DNA from: Bdellovibrionales bacterium
GTDB lineage: Bacteria; Bdellovibrionota; Bdellovibrionia; Bdellovibrionales; JAGQZY01
Direction: 5' to 3'
NCBI GenBank assembly: GCA_964230645.1
Contig: CAXRHT010000002.1
Span: 352,001 to 416,000 of the forward strand
Length of the DNA stretch: 64,000 nt
The notes beneath the pieces were generated by a model, which saw only the letters and a program-made list of their open reading frames with translations, was not told where the DNA came from and did no database searches. This document shows positions 39,992 through 50,715 of the stretch, one piece after another. Numbering within the stretch: the stretch's first letter is position 1; each line of letters opens with the position of its first letter. The translations under genes were made by a program, and so were the position numbers.

Positions 39992-40030
39992 AGAGCCTCT
40001 CTAAAAAAAACGAGAGAGGCTTTATCTTTT
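39992..40030. terminator. terminator between convergent genes
   Basis: agcctctct/agagaggct stem with T tail. Confidence 0.7.
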
Positions 40031-40034
40031 GAAT

Positions 40035-41126
40035 TTAAGAAAAGACTAAAAACCGGTTCTCAACACCCGAATTAAAGATTGGGATATCTCTGACTTTTTC
40101 TAAGGGAATACTTTGAGTTTTCCAACGAGCCGGCATCAAAAATCCGATGCGGTCTGGTTTAAATTTCTGGTATATAGCTTCAATCACATCGGCCTTGTTG
40201 TTTTGATGGAGTCTCTTTCCCCAGGGAGGATTGACGACCACCACTCGCTTAAGCTTTTCTCTTGGAACTTCTTGTGAATTAAAAAGATCTTGTTTTTCAA
40301 GCTGAACATTAGAAAACCTTTCTAAATTCCCTTGAGCTAGTTTTAGGGCTTTTTCGTGAAAATCAAAACCCATCACTTTTTCTATAGAAAACTGTGAATC
40401 AGGTATAAGCAACTTTTCTTGTTCCTCAAAAGATTTGAAAATTGGAAAGCTTTCGACCCTAAATGATCTCGTCTGAGGAATTTCGAGATTAAGGGCTTCG
40501 GTGAGAAAAGTGCCAGCTCCACACATGGGATCAATAAGTTCAATGGGTTCATTCAAGCCTTGAAAAAGTATTTGAAGTAGCCCTGAAGCCAAGCTCGGCC
40601 TTAATGAGGCCACCGACCCCTTCTCTTGACGCTCAAAACCCGCCTCTCCTGTGGTGTCGATACTGATTGTACACTGATCGCGAATAATACGAATAAACAG
40701 CGCTGGACTTTGCTTTTCAATTTTAATTTTATGGGGTTTGAGCACTCTTTGCAGAACTCGTGTGGCTTGTTTTGAATGAGAAAGTTTAGAGGATTTGGAC
40801 TGAAATTTAAAATCCAAACTTGAGTTTTTGGAGAAATAGGAAGCCCAGTCGATTTCCTTGAGACCTTTTTCAAATTCTTTTTCGTTAGGAGCGGAAAACA
40901 GTTTTTCTCGCAATAAAATTCTTGTGGCCGTTTTCATATTTTTATTGAGGTAATTGGCCATCTCTAGAGGGGCTTTGAATTCAACCCCGCCCTTTAGAAG
41001 GTTCACATCGGGATAGTCAGCAAGATTAAAAAAATCTGCAGCCTGGGCCCACTTTTTACAAAGTTCCAAGTGGGCCGCAGACTCCAGGCCAGGGTTAGTT
41101 GTCAGAAAGAAGAGCCTTTCAATCAT
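40035..41126 (-). CDS. THUMP-domain RNA methyltransferase (RlmL/UPF0020-like)
   Basis: PGLE, SIDTTG, DPMCGAGT, NPPWG. Confidence 0.85.
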   Translation of the reverse strand: MIERLFFLTTNPGLESAAHLELCKKWAQAADFFNLADYPDVNLLKGGVEFKAPLEMANYLNKNMKTATRILLREKLFSAPNEKEFEKGLKEIDWASYFSKNSSLDFKFQSKSSKLSHSKQATRVLQRVLKPHKIKIEKQSPALFIRIIRDQCTISIDTTGEAGFERQEKGSVASLRPSLASGLLQILFQGLNEPIELIDPMCGAGTFLTEALNLEIPQTRSFRVESFPIFKSFEEQEKLLIPDSQFSIEKVMGFDFHEKALKLAQGNLERFSNVQLEKQDLFNSQEVPREKLKRVVVVNPPWGKRLHQNNKADVIEAIYQKFKPDRIGFLMPARWKTQSIPLEKVRDIPIFNSGVENRFLVFS

Positions 41127-44100
41127 GGTTCACATTGATTAAAGGATCGCCCTGGGTTTGTACTTTCATAAGGCCACTCTCGCACATCTTGTCCCAACTC
41201 GTCGGCGAAAGTATAAAGTCCTGGGAAGGTCGGTAAAACCTCAAAGTAGGTTCGACTCAATTCATCCAGTGGCCAGTTGATGCCATTTTCTTGATTAATT
41301 ACCTCAAATTCAGGCACACGATTTTCTTCGTAAGAGCCTTGCAGGTCGAGGCTAGCAGCATCAGAGATCACACGTGATCCAACCGTTTGCCACCAATCAT
41401 TATTATCGATATAGCCCACTTGTCTGGCTCCAATCATAGAAGTAAAGACTTGGAAGTCTCTAAACCCACGAAGCTGTAAGAGCCATGGGTGATTGTGAAG
41501 GTCGGCTGTATCGAGCATATCACCTTCGGTAAAATGCTGTGTAAAGTAATAGTATTTTTCTTTGACTGGAAGACAACGGTCTTCAATCTGTCCGGTACAA
41601 ATCATTACACCGGTTTTAAGAATATCTTCGTTGTCATCAAAACCACGTCCGTCCGCGAGCATATCACGACGACTCTCATTTCTATGAAGTCTTTCTAAAT
41701 CATCGATTTCTTCGGCTAAGACGTTACGAATATCTTGATAAAAACTTGGATGAAAACGAGCCACCAAACAGCGCTCATAGCGTCCCAGCTCAATATCAAA
41801 AGTAGCCTGCTGACTCACGAGGAAAGTTCCCGCAGAAACACTGGTTCCTTGGGTACGTCCGGCACTCTCGTCCCGCCTTGCAGAGCGAGTCAGAGAAAAG
41901 GATCCAACTAATGTTTTAATGAGTCCTCCGACAAAAGGAATTTTAGCCACTTCATCAACGATAACATTAGCGAAATCAGAAGGTTTAAAAGCCGCAGAAG
42001 TACTTACCTGCACTCCATGGGAGCTTGATAAATTAAAGTTAGCAGAAAGGTTTATGTTTAAAGATTTACCACCTCTATAGACGTAACGTCCTGTCGTTTC
42101 ATATGCACGCACCTTTCTTTCAAAAACGATAGGAGAGTAACGAAATTCTACCGGTGTTCCGTCTTCGTTTGCTGGCTCTAAGCGCTTCACACTGTCAGAG
42201 AATCGACGTCTAGGATAACCATAAACATTGGCGACATACTCATGACACTTCGACTCGACAATAGCGTGGGCCTTGGCGTATTTGATCTTCTTTAACTCTG
42301 CCATGGTAAAATCACCAGGAATACTGGCACTCATACCAATGGTGGAGTTTCGAAGGTTCATATTTTCAAGAACACTCTCTGGTACATCTAAGAATTCTTC
42401 AGTGAACATATTGGCTGTTAAAGCAAAACACATTCTATGCATTAAGCGTCTTGAAACCTCAGGGTCCACATGAGCCGCATTTCTCCAACCGTGACGGGCG
42501 ATATTGACGATATCCTCTTCGGTCACCTCTCCTGAAACGGCATTGTAACTCTCAGGTAGGTCCATAAGTCTATAGACGTCGAGCTCCCTCATAAAACGTT
42601 CCTGTTGATAAGTGGCTTCACCAATATCAAGGGAGGGAAGAAAGGGAGGCAGAGTACGATTATTAAGTTGTGAGAACAGAGTGTTTTTCTGCAAAATATC
42701 AGGCCCAGAAGTAATATCTGTTAGACACTCATCGAGTCTTTCAAGAGGTCTCGTTTGACCACAATCTTGTTCGTTAACAACATCATCTTCATTGTCATAA
42801 TTGATGGCTTTGAGTCTTGATGCAGGATTATCGTTAAGAAGGGTATATTTGAGACCATAGGTTCTCACAAAGTTAACCACTTGCGAACCGAGCTCCATTT
42901 TTCTAGTCTTCTTCTCGTCAATGGTTTCCTTGTCTTCGATCAACTGATCCACAGTTAGATCGTGGTAAGCTCTTAAATAACCATAGTACTTGTTATTCTC
43001 GTAGTTAGCGTTAACAGACTCACCCGAATCGTAGATACCATCCTGAAGGAGGTTCAAATCACCATCTTCAGAAAGATTAAGGGTAGAATCCACATCTTCT
43101 GGTGGCACTCCTTGTTCAATCATACGAGGGGCCTCACAGAAGGCCGTACGGCAATACTGTTCGTTAAGAATATCTGTGGGTCTTAGCGAAGATCCATTGG
43201 TGTTATAGACAAAAGTTAGAGGGCCCACAAAAGTTCTGGCTGGTAGACCTGACTTACCGTCATCGGGATTAATACTTGGGTTGTGTTCCCCATCGTTTGT
43301 GATGAGGTCGAAGTCAAAACTTGGAGTCAGTGGACTTTCGGTGAAATCCGAAAACTTGAGTTCATCCAAATCTCTAGCAAAGCTGTCGTTTCCGGCATCA
43401 CGAGCCTGTCGCACGCGATGTTCAATAATGGATTGAGCCGCATTAACACCATCAGAAGTATCTGTGAAAAAGAGCTGTTGTAATGGATCGTCATCGAACG
43501 AATCCAGATATTCTGGATCAAGCTGATCACTGGCACTCTCAAGAGCATCCACATTAGCTTGGTTCAGATTTAACAGAATCCTATTAATAAGCGATCTTTT
43601 ATCGTTTCTAAAGCGAGTCATGTTACTCAGACCACTGCTTGGGTCATTAACTAGGGCACGATACTGATCAAGGCGGGCCAAACGCTCTTCAATCGCTTGA
43701 CGTCTTTCTTCCCACTCACTCGAACCTCTTTCAAACTGGTCGAGTCCAAGGGCTGAGTAGATTTCATTTTGTGCACTCTCAATGGAACCGGCTAATTCGG
43801 CAAGCTCCGCTCGTGCTTCACGGCGCTCACGTTCATTATTGTATTGATCCATAAGCTCGCTTACGCGCTGGTGTCTGGCTTCCAGAGTTTCAAGTTCCTC
43901 TTGCATGGTGAAAAGCTCTTCGTATCTGGCATCAATGTCCTGCCCTTCGAACAGCTCATTGAGTGTTTGATCCACAAGAGTGGCCAAACGAAGCTTATGT
44001 TCGTCCACCGTTTGTAGTTGGATAAAAAATTGATTTCTAATTCTCATTAGTCGAAGATCGTCCACCTCAAACTCAATCGGTGTAATAATCATTCCACCAA

Positions 44101-46429
44101 GCACCCTTACGAGTTTAGTTTGAACAGAGATATACTCTTTTCTTGATTCTTTGAGGTCTTCTTCATTAAGCAGACGGTGATCCACATCTTGCTCAGAGCT
44201 TCCCCCGTTAGGAGCATAAGCCATTCGCGGATTGGCGGATTGACCCGGCTCAAGAGGACCGTACTGACGATCATAGAGGTCGTAGGCGCGGTCAGCCTCT
44301 GGGTTGAGTTCGGCAGCTAAAGTTTCCTCATCGCCCTCCCCTTCAGCCAACTGATAGGGAATCTCTAGGTCTTCATCATAAATCCTAACACCTTTAGCGG
44401 CGGGATCCAGGTAGTCCTTCTGTAAGGCCACCTTCATAAGGTAAACTCCGTCACGTAGCTTGTAGGTTCCGAGACGTCCAAATACGATAGAGTTGTATTT
44501 CAAGACATAAGGGTAAGCTTTCAGAAGTACGGCTTTTTTCACTTTCAAATTGAGATACTTATCAATGGCGTAGCGAAAACCCATAGTTTCATATTTAAAA
44601 TCGGCAATAAACAGTTTTGAAACAGGAGCGGTCTCTCTTTGCTCTTCAATCTCACGAGCATAACCGTCAGGCATTTCATTTTCATCCCAACCAAAGGTAA
44701 ACTTTTCATCCCAAGGATTTAAATAGTAAGTAAATTCTTGTTCATATTGGTTAATCGTCTCATCCCACTGACTGATGTTATTAGCAGGATTAGAGGCGGC
44801 ATTGTTTTTAGTTCCCACAAAGCGTATGTTTGCGGTTTTTTCCTGCAGGACCTCTTTTCGATAGTATTTATGAGAAAGGAAACCAAACCAGGTTAAACAA
44901 CCGTCTTCATTGGTTTGTCGACGCATCTTGTGCACACGTCCTTTATCCTCAGTCTCGATATCAAACTGTAAACCAGGACCCACTCTTGAACCGTAAAGTC
45001 CGTGCTCCACACAGGTTTCAACGGAGTATTGTAGAGTTCTGTCCGTGGCCGTTTCTCCAGGCATAATTCTAATAAAACGCATGGTGAGTGGTCCAAAATA
45101 GAAACGATCAATCTCACGCACGGTTTGTAGGTCATCGATGATTCCATCAACAGAATTGACGTACTCATCGTAGCGCACCTCATCGAGAGGGTTAAAGTTT
45201 TCATCAAAAGAGAAAGTCGCAGTCTGTCGACGCACCCACTGGTCGTATTGTCCAAGGTCCAAAACGGCAGTGTAAGGTTTAACGTTCCTCATTCCACGGT
45301 CAACAGGAACCACTTTTAATAACAGCTCCACTCGACCAAATTCTGTTCTATTTCTTAAGACAAGTGGAACACTTGTTACTAAGCGTCCGTCGTCGTTCAT
45401 TCTCCAAATAAAAGACGCACTTCGCCCGACCATTTCTGTAACATTACTACTAAGAAGATGCCTTTCATTATTATCAGCCGCTCCTCTTGCAATCAAATTC
45501 ATATAGACTTTAAAGCGACCGCTGTTTAATTCAGTACGGTCTCGGTTTCCACCTGAATCGTAATTCCAGACCACTGGACGTGCGTTCATATTAACGTTTA
45601 TATGAAGTCCGGCGCGGTCACTAAGGAGAGTTTCTTCAATTTCATTGCGTCTTTGATTCTCTTCCTCGTCAAGAAGCTCTCGGCTCTGACGATTAAATTC
45701 GGCCACATTGGCTCTCGTTCTCTCAACAGGTTCAATTTGAATCGAGTCAAAGCGAAGCTCCGCTGTGGCATCAAAAAGATCACCTTTCAGGGCATCTACC
45801 ACTTGGTCACCGATGACCCATGTTCCTGACTGCCAATCACTACGATCGTAATCGGTGAGGTCAAAAAATCCACTGGATAAACTTTGAGTACGATGCATGT
45901 CCCAAGGGTTGAAACCAATTCGTTTGACTATTTTTCCAAGTTGTCCAGAAAGAGATTCAATTTCAAAATGTAAGGCCACGTTCACAGAGGGAGCAAAGAA
46001 ATCAAATTCTGGAACCGACTGGCTCCATCTTAAACAGTTTCCACTGTTAACTGTGATTGGATTTGAGATTTCCGTGCTATTTTCACTGCGTTTCCAGATA
46101 ATATTGTCACCAAGCTCGGATTTGATATGGAAGCGTTCATTACGAATGGTTCCCTGGGAAGCTCGATCTCTTATGTTACACAATCTAAAATAAAGTTGAA
46201 TGGCATTAGACGTACGCAGAACACCACGGTCTTGATCGGAGAACTTTATGTCCTCCAATTCAATATTCCCTACTTCGAAGAGCGCACGATTGTTAAAGGC
46301 TATGAGATTTCCATCTGTGGAATACTCGGAAAGCCCTTGCTCTTGCGATTTGCTCTCCCGGTCGGCATTAACACAGCCAACGAGGGTGCAAAGGGTTAAA
46401 ATTGTTACCAGCGACTTAAATAAAGTCAT
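41123..46429 (-). CDS. 1768-aa acidic lipoprotein of unknown function
   Basis: LVGC lipobox; uninterrupted ORF overlapping both neighbours. Confidence 0.8.
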   Translation of the reverse strand: MTLFKSLVTILTLCTLVGCVNADRESKSQEQGLSEYSTDGNLIAFNNRALFEVGNIELEDIKFSDQDRGVLRTSNAIQLYFRLCNIRDRASQGTIRNERFHIKSELGDNIIWKRSENSTEISNPITVNSGNCLRWSQSVPEFDFFAPSVNVALHFEIESLSGQLGKIVKRIGFNPWDMHRTQSLSSGFFDLTDYDRSDWQSGTWVIGDQVVDALKGDLFDATAELRFDSIQIEPVERTRANVAEFNRQSRELLDEEENQRRNEIEETLLSDRAGLHINVNMNARPVVWNYDSGGNRDRTELNSGRFKVYMNLIARGAADNNERHLLSSNVTEMVGRSASFIWRMNDDGRLVTSVPLVLRNRTEFGRVELLLKVVPVDRGMRNVKPYTAVLDLGQYDQWVRRQTATFSFDENFNPLDEVRYDEYVNSVDGIIDDLQTVREIDRFYFGPLTMRFIRIMPGETATDRTLQYSVETCVEHGLYGSRVGPGLQFDIETEDKGRVHKMRRQTNEDGCLTWFGFLSHKYYRKEVLQEKTANIRFVGTKNNAASNPANNISQWDETINQYEQEFTYYLNPWDEKFTFGWDENEMPDGYAREIEEQRETAPVSKLFIADFKYETMGFRYAIDKYLNLKVKKAVLLKAYPYVLKYNSIVFGRLGTYKLRDGVYLMKVALQKDYLDPAAKGVRIYDEDLEIPYQLAEGEGDEETLAAELNPEADRAYDLYDRQYGPLEPGQSANPRMAYAPNGGSSEQDVDHRLLNEEDLKESRKEYISVQTKLVRVLGGMIITPIEFEVDDLRLMRIRNQFFIQLQTVDEHKLRLATLVDQTLNELFEGQDIDARYEELFTMQEELETLEARHQRVSELMDQYNNERERREARAELAELAGSIESAQNEIYSALGLDQFERGSSEWEERRQAIEERLARLDQYRALVNDPSSGLSNMTRFRNDKRSLINRILLNLNQANVDALESASDQLDPEYLDSFDDDPLQQLFFTDTSDGVNAAQSIIEHRVRQARDAGNDSFARDLDELKFSDFTESPLTPSFDFDLITNDGEHNPSINPDDGKSGLPARTFVGPLTFVYNTNGSSLRPTDILNEQYCRTAFCEAPRMIEQGVPPEDVDSTLNLSEDGDLNLLQDGIYDSGESVNANYENNKYYGYLRAYHDLTVDQLIEDKETIDEKKTRKMELGSQVVNFVRTYGLKYTLLNDNPASRLKAINYDNEDDVVNEQDCGQTRPLERLDECLTDITSGPDILQKNTLFSQLNNRTLPPFLPSLDIGEATYQQERFMRELDVYRLMDLPESYNAVSGEVTEEDIVNIARHGWRNAAHVDPEVSRRLMHRMCFALTANMFTEEFLDVPESVLENMNLRNSTIGMSASIPGDFTMAELKKIKYAKAHAIVESKCHEYVANVYGYPRRRFSDSVKRLEPANEDGTPVEFRYSPIVFERKVRAYETTGRYVYRGGKSLNINLSANFNLSSSHGVQVSTSAAFKPSDFANVIVDEVAKIPFVGGLIKTLVGSFSLTRSARRDESAGRTQGTSVSAGTFLVSQQATFDIELGRYERCLVARFHPSFYQDIRNVLAEEIDDLERLHRNESRRDMLADGRGFDDNEDILKTGVMICTGQIEDRCLPVKEKYYYFTQHFTEGDMLDTADLHNHPWLLQLRGFRDFQVFTSMIGARQVGYIDNNDWWQTVGSRVISDAASLDLQGSYEENRVPEFEVINQENGINWPLDELSRTYFEVLPTFPGLYTFADELGQDVREWPYESTNPGRSFNQCEP

Positions 46430-47738
46430 ATAAGGTCTCCACGCTTAGATAAATAGTTCGTTGATCATCTTGCTGTAGTCCATCGATCCTACGGGTGGCC
46501 GTTTGTAAAAGGTCGGCCTCCGTGTATGAGGCTCTAAAAATTACACCCCAATCTTTTGATTCTAGGTCAATTCGGTAGGTTTGCCCGATACGGTTGTTGT
46601 GTCCCAATCGATGGGAATTATAAAAAGAGGGCACAGCGTCCGTTTCGATAAAGTAGTCTTTATAATGTCCAGCCACAATCCAGCGACCAAAATCATTGGC
46701 CAGCCAAAAATTAAGAGCTTGGGCCTCACCCGCATCACTGGGGGCTTCGTTGTTTTTAATTGTATGCCACTGCACTTGTGCACTGAGACTATTCGTTAAT
46801 TTCTGTTCAAAGGTCAGTCGGTTTAAAAACCCATCAAACCCATAGATAAATTCGGCATTATTGATATCGGTATTGGTGACCGTGTTACCGTAGATAAAAC
46901 TGTTAAAGGCAACAACAGCTGGCAGATCATCATAAGAAAAGTGAGTCACACTGCCTTGAATAAAATTGTAGTCACTGATGTTCCACTTGGCTTTCACAGT
47001 TTGAGTTTGGAACTGAGGCATCTCTTCCCTCTCACCCACTCGGTTTGACTGAGTGTAAGAGGTTGGGATTAATTGTTGGGCACCCAAACCAAATTCAAAG
47101 CTACTAACTCTATAATTGAACTCTTCAGAAAGACCAATAAAGGGAAGGCTTGAAACAAAAAGTGGTTCGTTAAACTTTCCTTGACTGATCAAGCCAGCTT
47201 CAAAACGAAAAAGTCCATCAAGAGGCTTATATTGTAATTTTACATCGCGAGGATAAAGTCCGGTACCAGGCTCTTGATCTCCAAAAATATCCTGACTTCG
47301 GCCAGTTTCTGCTGAGATGTTTCCAAGAGTTAGAAAATCAAGATCTTCGATAAGACGATAGCGAAACTTTAAACCAAAGGTCGCTCCTGCAATTTGGGAC
47401 TGTATATTAGAGGCCGTCTCAAGTGACTGACCATCCATTCTTAACTTCCACAAAAACTGTGAACGTCTATCTTTAATTTGATCTTTGATGGCTTTTTCAT
47501 AATGAGGATCTTCACTTAAGAAGTTAGATCTTTGGATCGATGAATCGTAATCATTATTGGATTCGTTTTCGATTGGATTGGTTCTCTGTATAGAGGGATC
47601 ATAAAGAGATTCCTGATCTTGTCTTGCAGGCTGAGCAAAGCTCGTCCCTGAAAGAACAAGAGTGGTTACAAAAAGGAACCAAAATTGGAATGTAAATATA
47701 TTCCGTGAAGACGGATATATCTCTTCGTTATTCTTCAT
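46416..47738 (-). CDS. outer-membrane beta-barrel (porin-like) protein
   Basis: Signal ending SFA; many alternating amphipathic strands; overlaps the downstream gene. Confidence 0.65.
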   Translation of the reverse strand: MKNNEEIYPSSRNIFTFQFWFLFVTTLVLSGTSFAQPARQDQESLYDPSIQRTNPIENESNNDYDSSIQRSNFLSEDPHYEKAIKDQIKDRRSQFLWKLRMDGQSLETASNIQSQIAGATFGLKFRYRLIEDLDFLTLGNISAETGRSQDIFGDQEPGTGLYPRDVKLQYKPLDGLFRFEAGLISQGKFNEPLFVSSLPFIGLSEEFNYRVSSFEFGLGAQQLIPTSYTQSNRVGEREEMPQFQTQTVKAKWNISDYNFIQGSVTHFSYDDLPAVVAFNSFIYGNTVTNTDINNAEFIYGFDGFLNRLTFEQKLTNSLSAQVQWHTIKNNEAPSDAGEAQALNFWLANDFGRWIVAGHYKDYFIETDAVPSFYNSHRLGHNNRIGQTYRIDLESKDWGVIFRASYTEADLLQTATRRIDGLQQDDQRTIYLSVETLYDFI

Positions 47739-48269
47739 GTTTCCCCTGACAAAAACATAGTAAGTTAAACAAATTAATATTTCACTTGTATAAGTTACAA
47801 TAACTGTACCTTAACAATTCACTCCTAAACCCTTAAGAACACTTGTTCCTAGGTGTCTAAACTTTTGACACCCGCCTTTTTACGTCACTTTTGTTGCAAA
47901 ATTTCCGGAAGAAATTACAAAGCTTTTGAAAAAAATTCTTTATCAACTGTTTGACGGAATAGAGAAAAGTGCCGCGTTACTGGACATTTATAAAGGTATT
48001 GAAGCTTTTATAGGTTTTAAAAAAAGCAAATAGGGCCTCTGTTTTATAAGCTTAATGTTTAGATTGCTTCACAATTTTCAGACTTAACTGGCTTTGAAAA
48101 TCAGATCTAAAACTAAAGAAATTTTAGCTAACTTTATTCTTCTTCATTATTTTGTATCTATGAGAATCACTAGTAGAAGAGATGATTAAACAAAAAAATA
48201 TAAAAATTAAAGCAAACAAAGTAATTCAAATAAAGCTCTCTTCCTTTTGAGGCATCATTCAAACCACGA

Positions 48270-48403
48270 TCCCCATGTCTCCATTTATAATAATTCTCTA
48301 AAGGGCTCTGGTGAGCGTAACGCGTTTTCGCCCGAAGGGCGAAACACCAGCAAGGCAAGGATGCCGGCCCTGAAGAGATTTATTATAAATGGAGGCATGG
48401 GGA
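48270..48403. repeat. long palindromic element A with branched core
   Basis: 37-nt inverted arms (33/37 matched) at 48270-48306 and 48367-48403; core homologous to about 52098-52158. Confidence 0.85.
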
Positions 48404-48506
48404 GCCGAGGACTTCGATCGAGCTTCGACAGGTCCTTCGGCTTCGCCTCAGGACGACAATGCAGGTTCGCCTCAGGACGACAATGCAGGTTCGCCTCAGG
48501 ACGACA
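48404..48506. repeat. REP-like remnant plus 24-bp tandem repeat
   Basis: Hairpin gccgaggac/gtccttcggc, then ttcgcctcaggacgacaatgcagg at 48442, 48466 and (partial) 48490. Confidence 0.85.
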
Positions 48507-48532
48507 GTGGAGGCTCGTCTCAGAGCACGATA

Positions 48533-49294
48533 TTATGACATTAAGCTTTTTAAAAAACGAAGAGAGCGTATTCCGAACCAACTAAAAGACTCACCTTCTA
48601 CGAGAGCGGCAGGACGCTTGAGGCTTTTGATCCATTCCATTTCTTCTTTTTTGCCGAAATCATAAGGTTCCGAGGAGAAGAGTAAAAGAGTTTTAGGTGG
48701 AATTTGACTGAATTCAAACTTTGGATAATTTTCATCAAAATCAAAAAGATACTTTCGGTACCCCAGATGAGACAGAGTGTCTCCTATATAGGTCTTTGGG
48801 CCAACGGTCATCATTGGATTTTTCCAGATAATATAGAGAATATGATCAATCTCGGAATCAGGAGGGTGAATCCATTCGAGGACATCGGGGAAATCTTTAA
48901 TACTCTTATTAAAAGTATGGCTAAGAACTTTCTCCCAGGAAGAATTGAATTTCTCCATCTTAATTAAACTCTCTTGGCTTAGCTTATGACCATGCTCTTG
49001 CTTGAGCCATTCTAAAGAGGCGGGCACGGCTTTAAGATCCGAGATATGAGTAGCAAACAAGGGAAGCGAGGTTTTTTCCACCATTTCCTTTCGATTCTCT
49101 TCCTTATCGACCAGCAGAATATCGGCCCGAAGCTTTTTAAGCTTTGAAGCGTTTAGATCTTTTGTTCCCCCGACCACAGCAATGTTTTCCACTTGTTTTT
49201 TGGGATGAATACAGTAGCGGGTACGCCCCACCACATCGAGGCCTAAGTGAATCCATGTTTCTGTCCAAGATGGCACGAGGCTAACCCATTTCAT
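48533..49294 (-). CDS. helical-backbone metal/cobalamin-binding receptor family protein
   Basis: VSLVPSWTE, VVGRTRYCIHP, VGGTK, KEEN, LFSSEPY, GESFSWFG (track ORF starts at 49360). Confidence 0.85.
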   Translation of the reverse strand: MKWVSLVPSWTETWIHLGLDVVGRTRYCIHPKKQVENIAVVGGTKDLNASKLKKLRADILLVDKEENRKEMVEKTSLPLFATHISDLKAVPASLEWLKQEHGHKLSQESLIKMEKFNSSWEKVLSHTFNKSIKDFPDVLEWIHPPDSEIDHILYIIWKNPMMTVGPKTYIGDTLSHLGYRKYLFDFDENYPKFEFSQIPPKTLLLFSSEPYDFGKKEEMEWIKSLKRPAALVEGESFSWFGIRSLRFLKSLMS

Positions 49295-49520
49295 AAGAAG
49301 GAGTCTAGCATAGAGGTTAAAGCTAAAACAACGGAACTCTCCCCTGTGCTTTTCTCGCATGTTTGTGCTTAAAGAGGACTTTTAACAATGAATCGAACAG
49401 AAAGTAGACAGTCCTTTGTAGCCAATCCTATTTTCTTTTCAAAAAAATTCCTAGCTATTGTTAAAAAATAGGAAACGTGGAGAATAGGGCAAAATTAATA
49501 ACTCAAACAGGAGAAAACCT

Positions 49521-49859
49521 ATGAAAAAAACTGTGAAAGCAGGATTAGCTGCCAGTGCTTTAGCTGCAACACTCTCTGCGCCCTCAGCCAATGCATTGAT
49601 CATGCCCTCAAATGATAAATTTGAAACCATTAAATACTGTTTAAAAACCTATGGTTCAGAAGGGGCCAAGACAGTGATTTACTGTGATGAGTCTGAAAAC
49701 AACGCCATTAACAAGCGTCCTTTAATGGACAATGGCTGTGCTGAAGAGCAAGTGGCTGTTAACTCCACTCGCAATGTCACTCAAGGCCAAGAGTTCCCCA
49801 TTCAAATCGAAGAATGTGCGGTAAAAATTGATGGTGAAATCGAACCCGCTCAACTTTAA
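49521..49859 (+). CDS. small secreted protein (4 Cys)
   Basis: AGGAG RBS; signal ending ANA; terminator. Confidence 0.75.
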   Translation: MKKTVKAGLAASALAATLSAPSANALIMPSNDKFETIKYCLKTYGSEGAKTVIYCDESENNAINKRPLMDNGCAEEQVAVNSTRNVTQGQEFPIQIEECAVKIDGEIEPAQL

Positions 49860-49885
49860 TCTTTTTGTAAGAAAATTTTGATAGC

Positions 49886-49919
49886 AAGGCCAAACTCTAA
49901 GAAGGGTTTGGCTTTTTTT
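49886..49919. terminator. terminator between convergent genes
   Basis: aaggccaaactc/gggtttggcttt followed by a T run. Confidence 0.75.
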
Positions 49920-50715
49920 ATTTGCTTCCTAAAAAGCGAAGGAGCCTTTGGGTTTTATCGTTGACTTTTTTGTGCTCCATCAACTCTTTTGAATAAGGCC
50001 CCGAATTGGGAAGAAATTTTCTAGGATCCGAGGCGTAAAACCTCAGCTGAGGATAAGGATTCTCACCAGAAAGTTTGGTAATTTCCTTAGCCCACTTTTT
50101 AAGACCTATAGGCCCTTCAAACATGGGATCAAGAACAAGGATTTTCTTTCCGGTAAATACAAAGGTCGCCACATGAAATTCCCACACAACCGGAGGAGCT
50201 ACTAATGTTCCAATGGCCCAAACCTTACCGATTCGCTCCTGTGGCACACCCATTTTCAAAAGATAGTAATGGCTTAAAAGCGCTCGGTAGAAACAGTAAC
50301 CTATTTCTAGTTTTTTAGGGTCTCGCTTTTCACTATCACTCAGAAACTGATAGCCCGCGGCCTTTTTAAAAGCTTTTTTAAGTTTTTCAGTAGGAATGAC
50401 AGGCTTATTTTTTTGACTGTTGAGATTCTCAAGCTCACTGAACATTTCTTTATTCGCACTTCTTGCTTGCTCGACTAAAAAAAGATTCCTTTTTTTATAT
50501 TCTCGCCTTGTAAACTTCTTCTTTTCCAATTGTTCAAACCAAGAGGCTTTCTCTAAATTGTACTCAGCCAAAAGGTCTTTTTTTAAATTAAGGCTATGCT
50601 GATCATTTTCAGGTTCTTGGTTGAGCTCTTTTAAAACGGAAACACGAGAACTGTCCTGTTTATGGGCACAAGAGAGCATCAAAATTGCAATCAATAGAAG
50701 TCTAGGCCATTTCAA
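49918..50715 (-). CDS. protein-glutaminase-like (Cys-His-Asp) lipoprotein
   Basis: GYCFYRA...WEFHVA...VLDP; TTG start with GAGGA RBS gives MKWPRLLLIAILMLSC (track ORF starts at 50778). Confidence 0.72.
   Translation of the reverse strand: MKWPRLLLIAILMLSCAHKQDSSRVSVLKELNQEPENDQHSLNLKKDLLAEYNLEKASWFEQLEKKKFTRREYKKRNLFLVEQARSANKEMFSELENLNSQKNKPVIPTEKLKKAFKKAAGYQFLSDSEKRDPKKLEIGYCFYRALLSHYYLLKMGVPQERIGKVWAIGTLVAPPVVWEFHVATFVFTGKKILVLDPMFEGPIGLKKWAKEITKLSGENPYPQLRFYASDPRKFLPNSGPYSKELMEHKKVNDKTQRLLRFLGSK

Noticed and set aside
48307..48350. Hammerhead ribozyme (CTGGTGAG...CGAAAC)
   Set aside because: The core would need CUGANGA. Here ctggtg pairs with caccag, and the homologous element B (CTGGCAAG, no GAAAC) lacks the catalytic residues.
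48170..48665. Short ORFs with repeated peptides (FASGRQCR, LHCRPEAN)
   Set aside because: These are read-throughs of the palindrome and 24-bp DNA repeats in several frames, with no coding signal.
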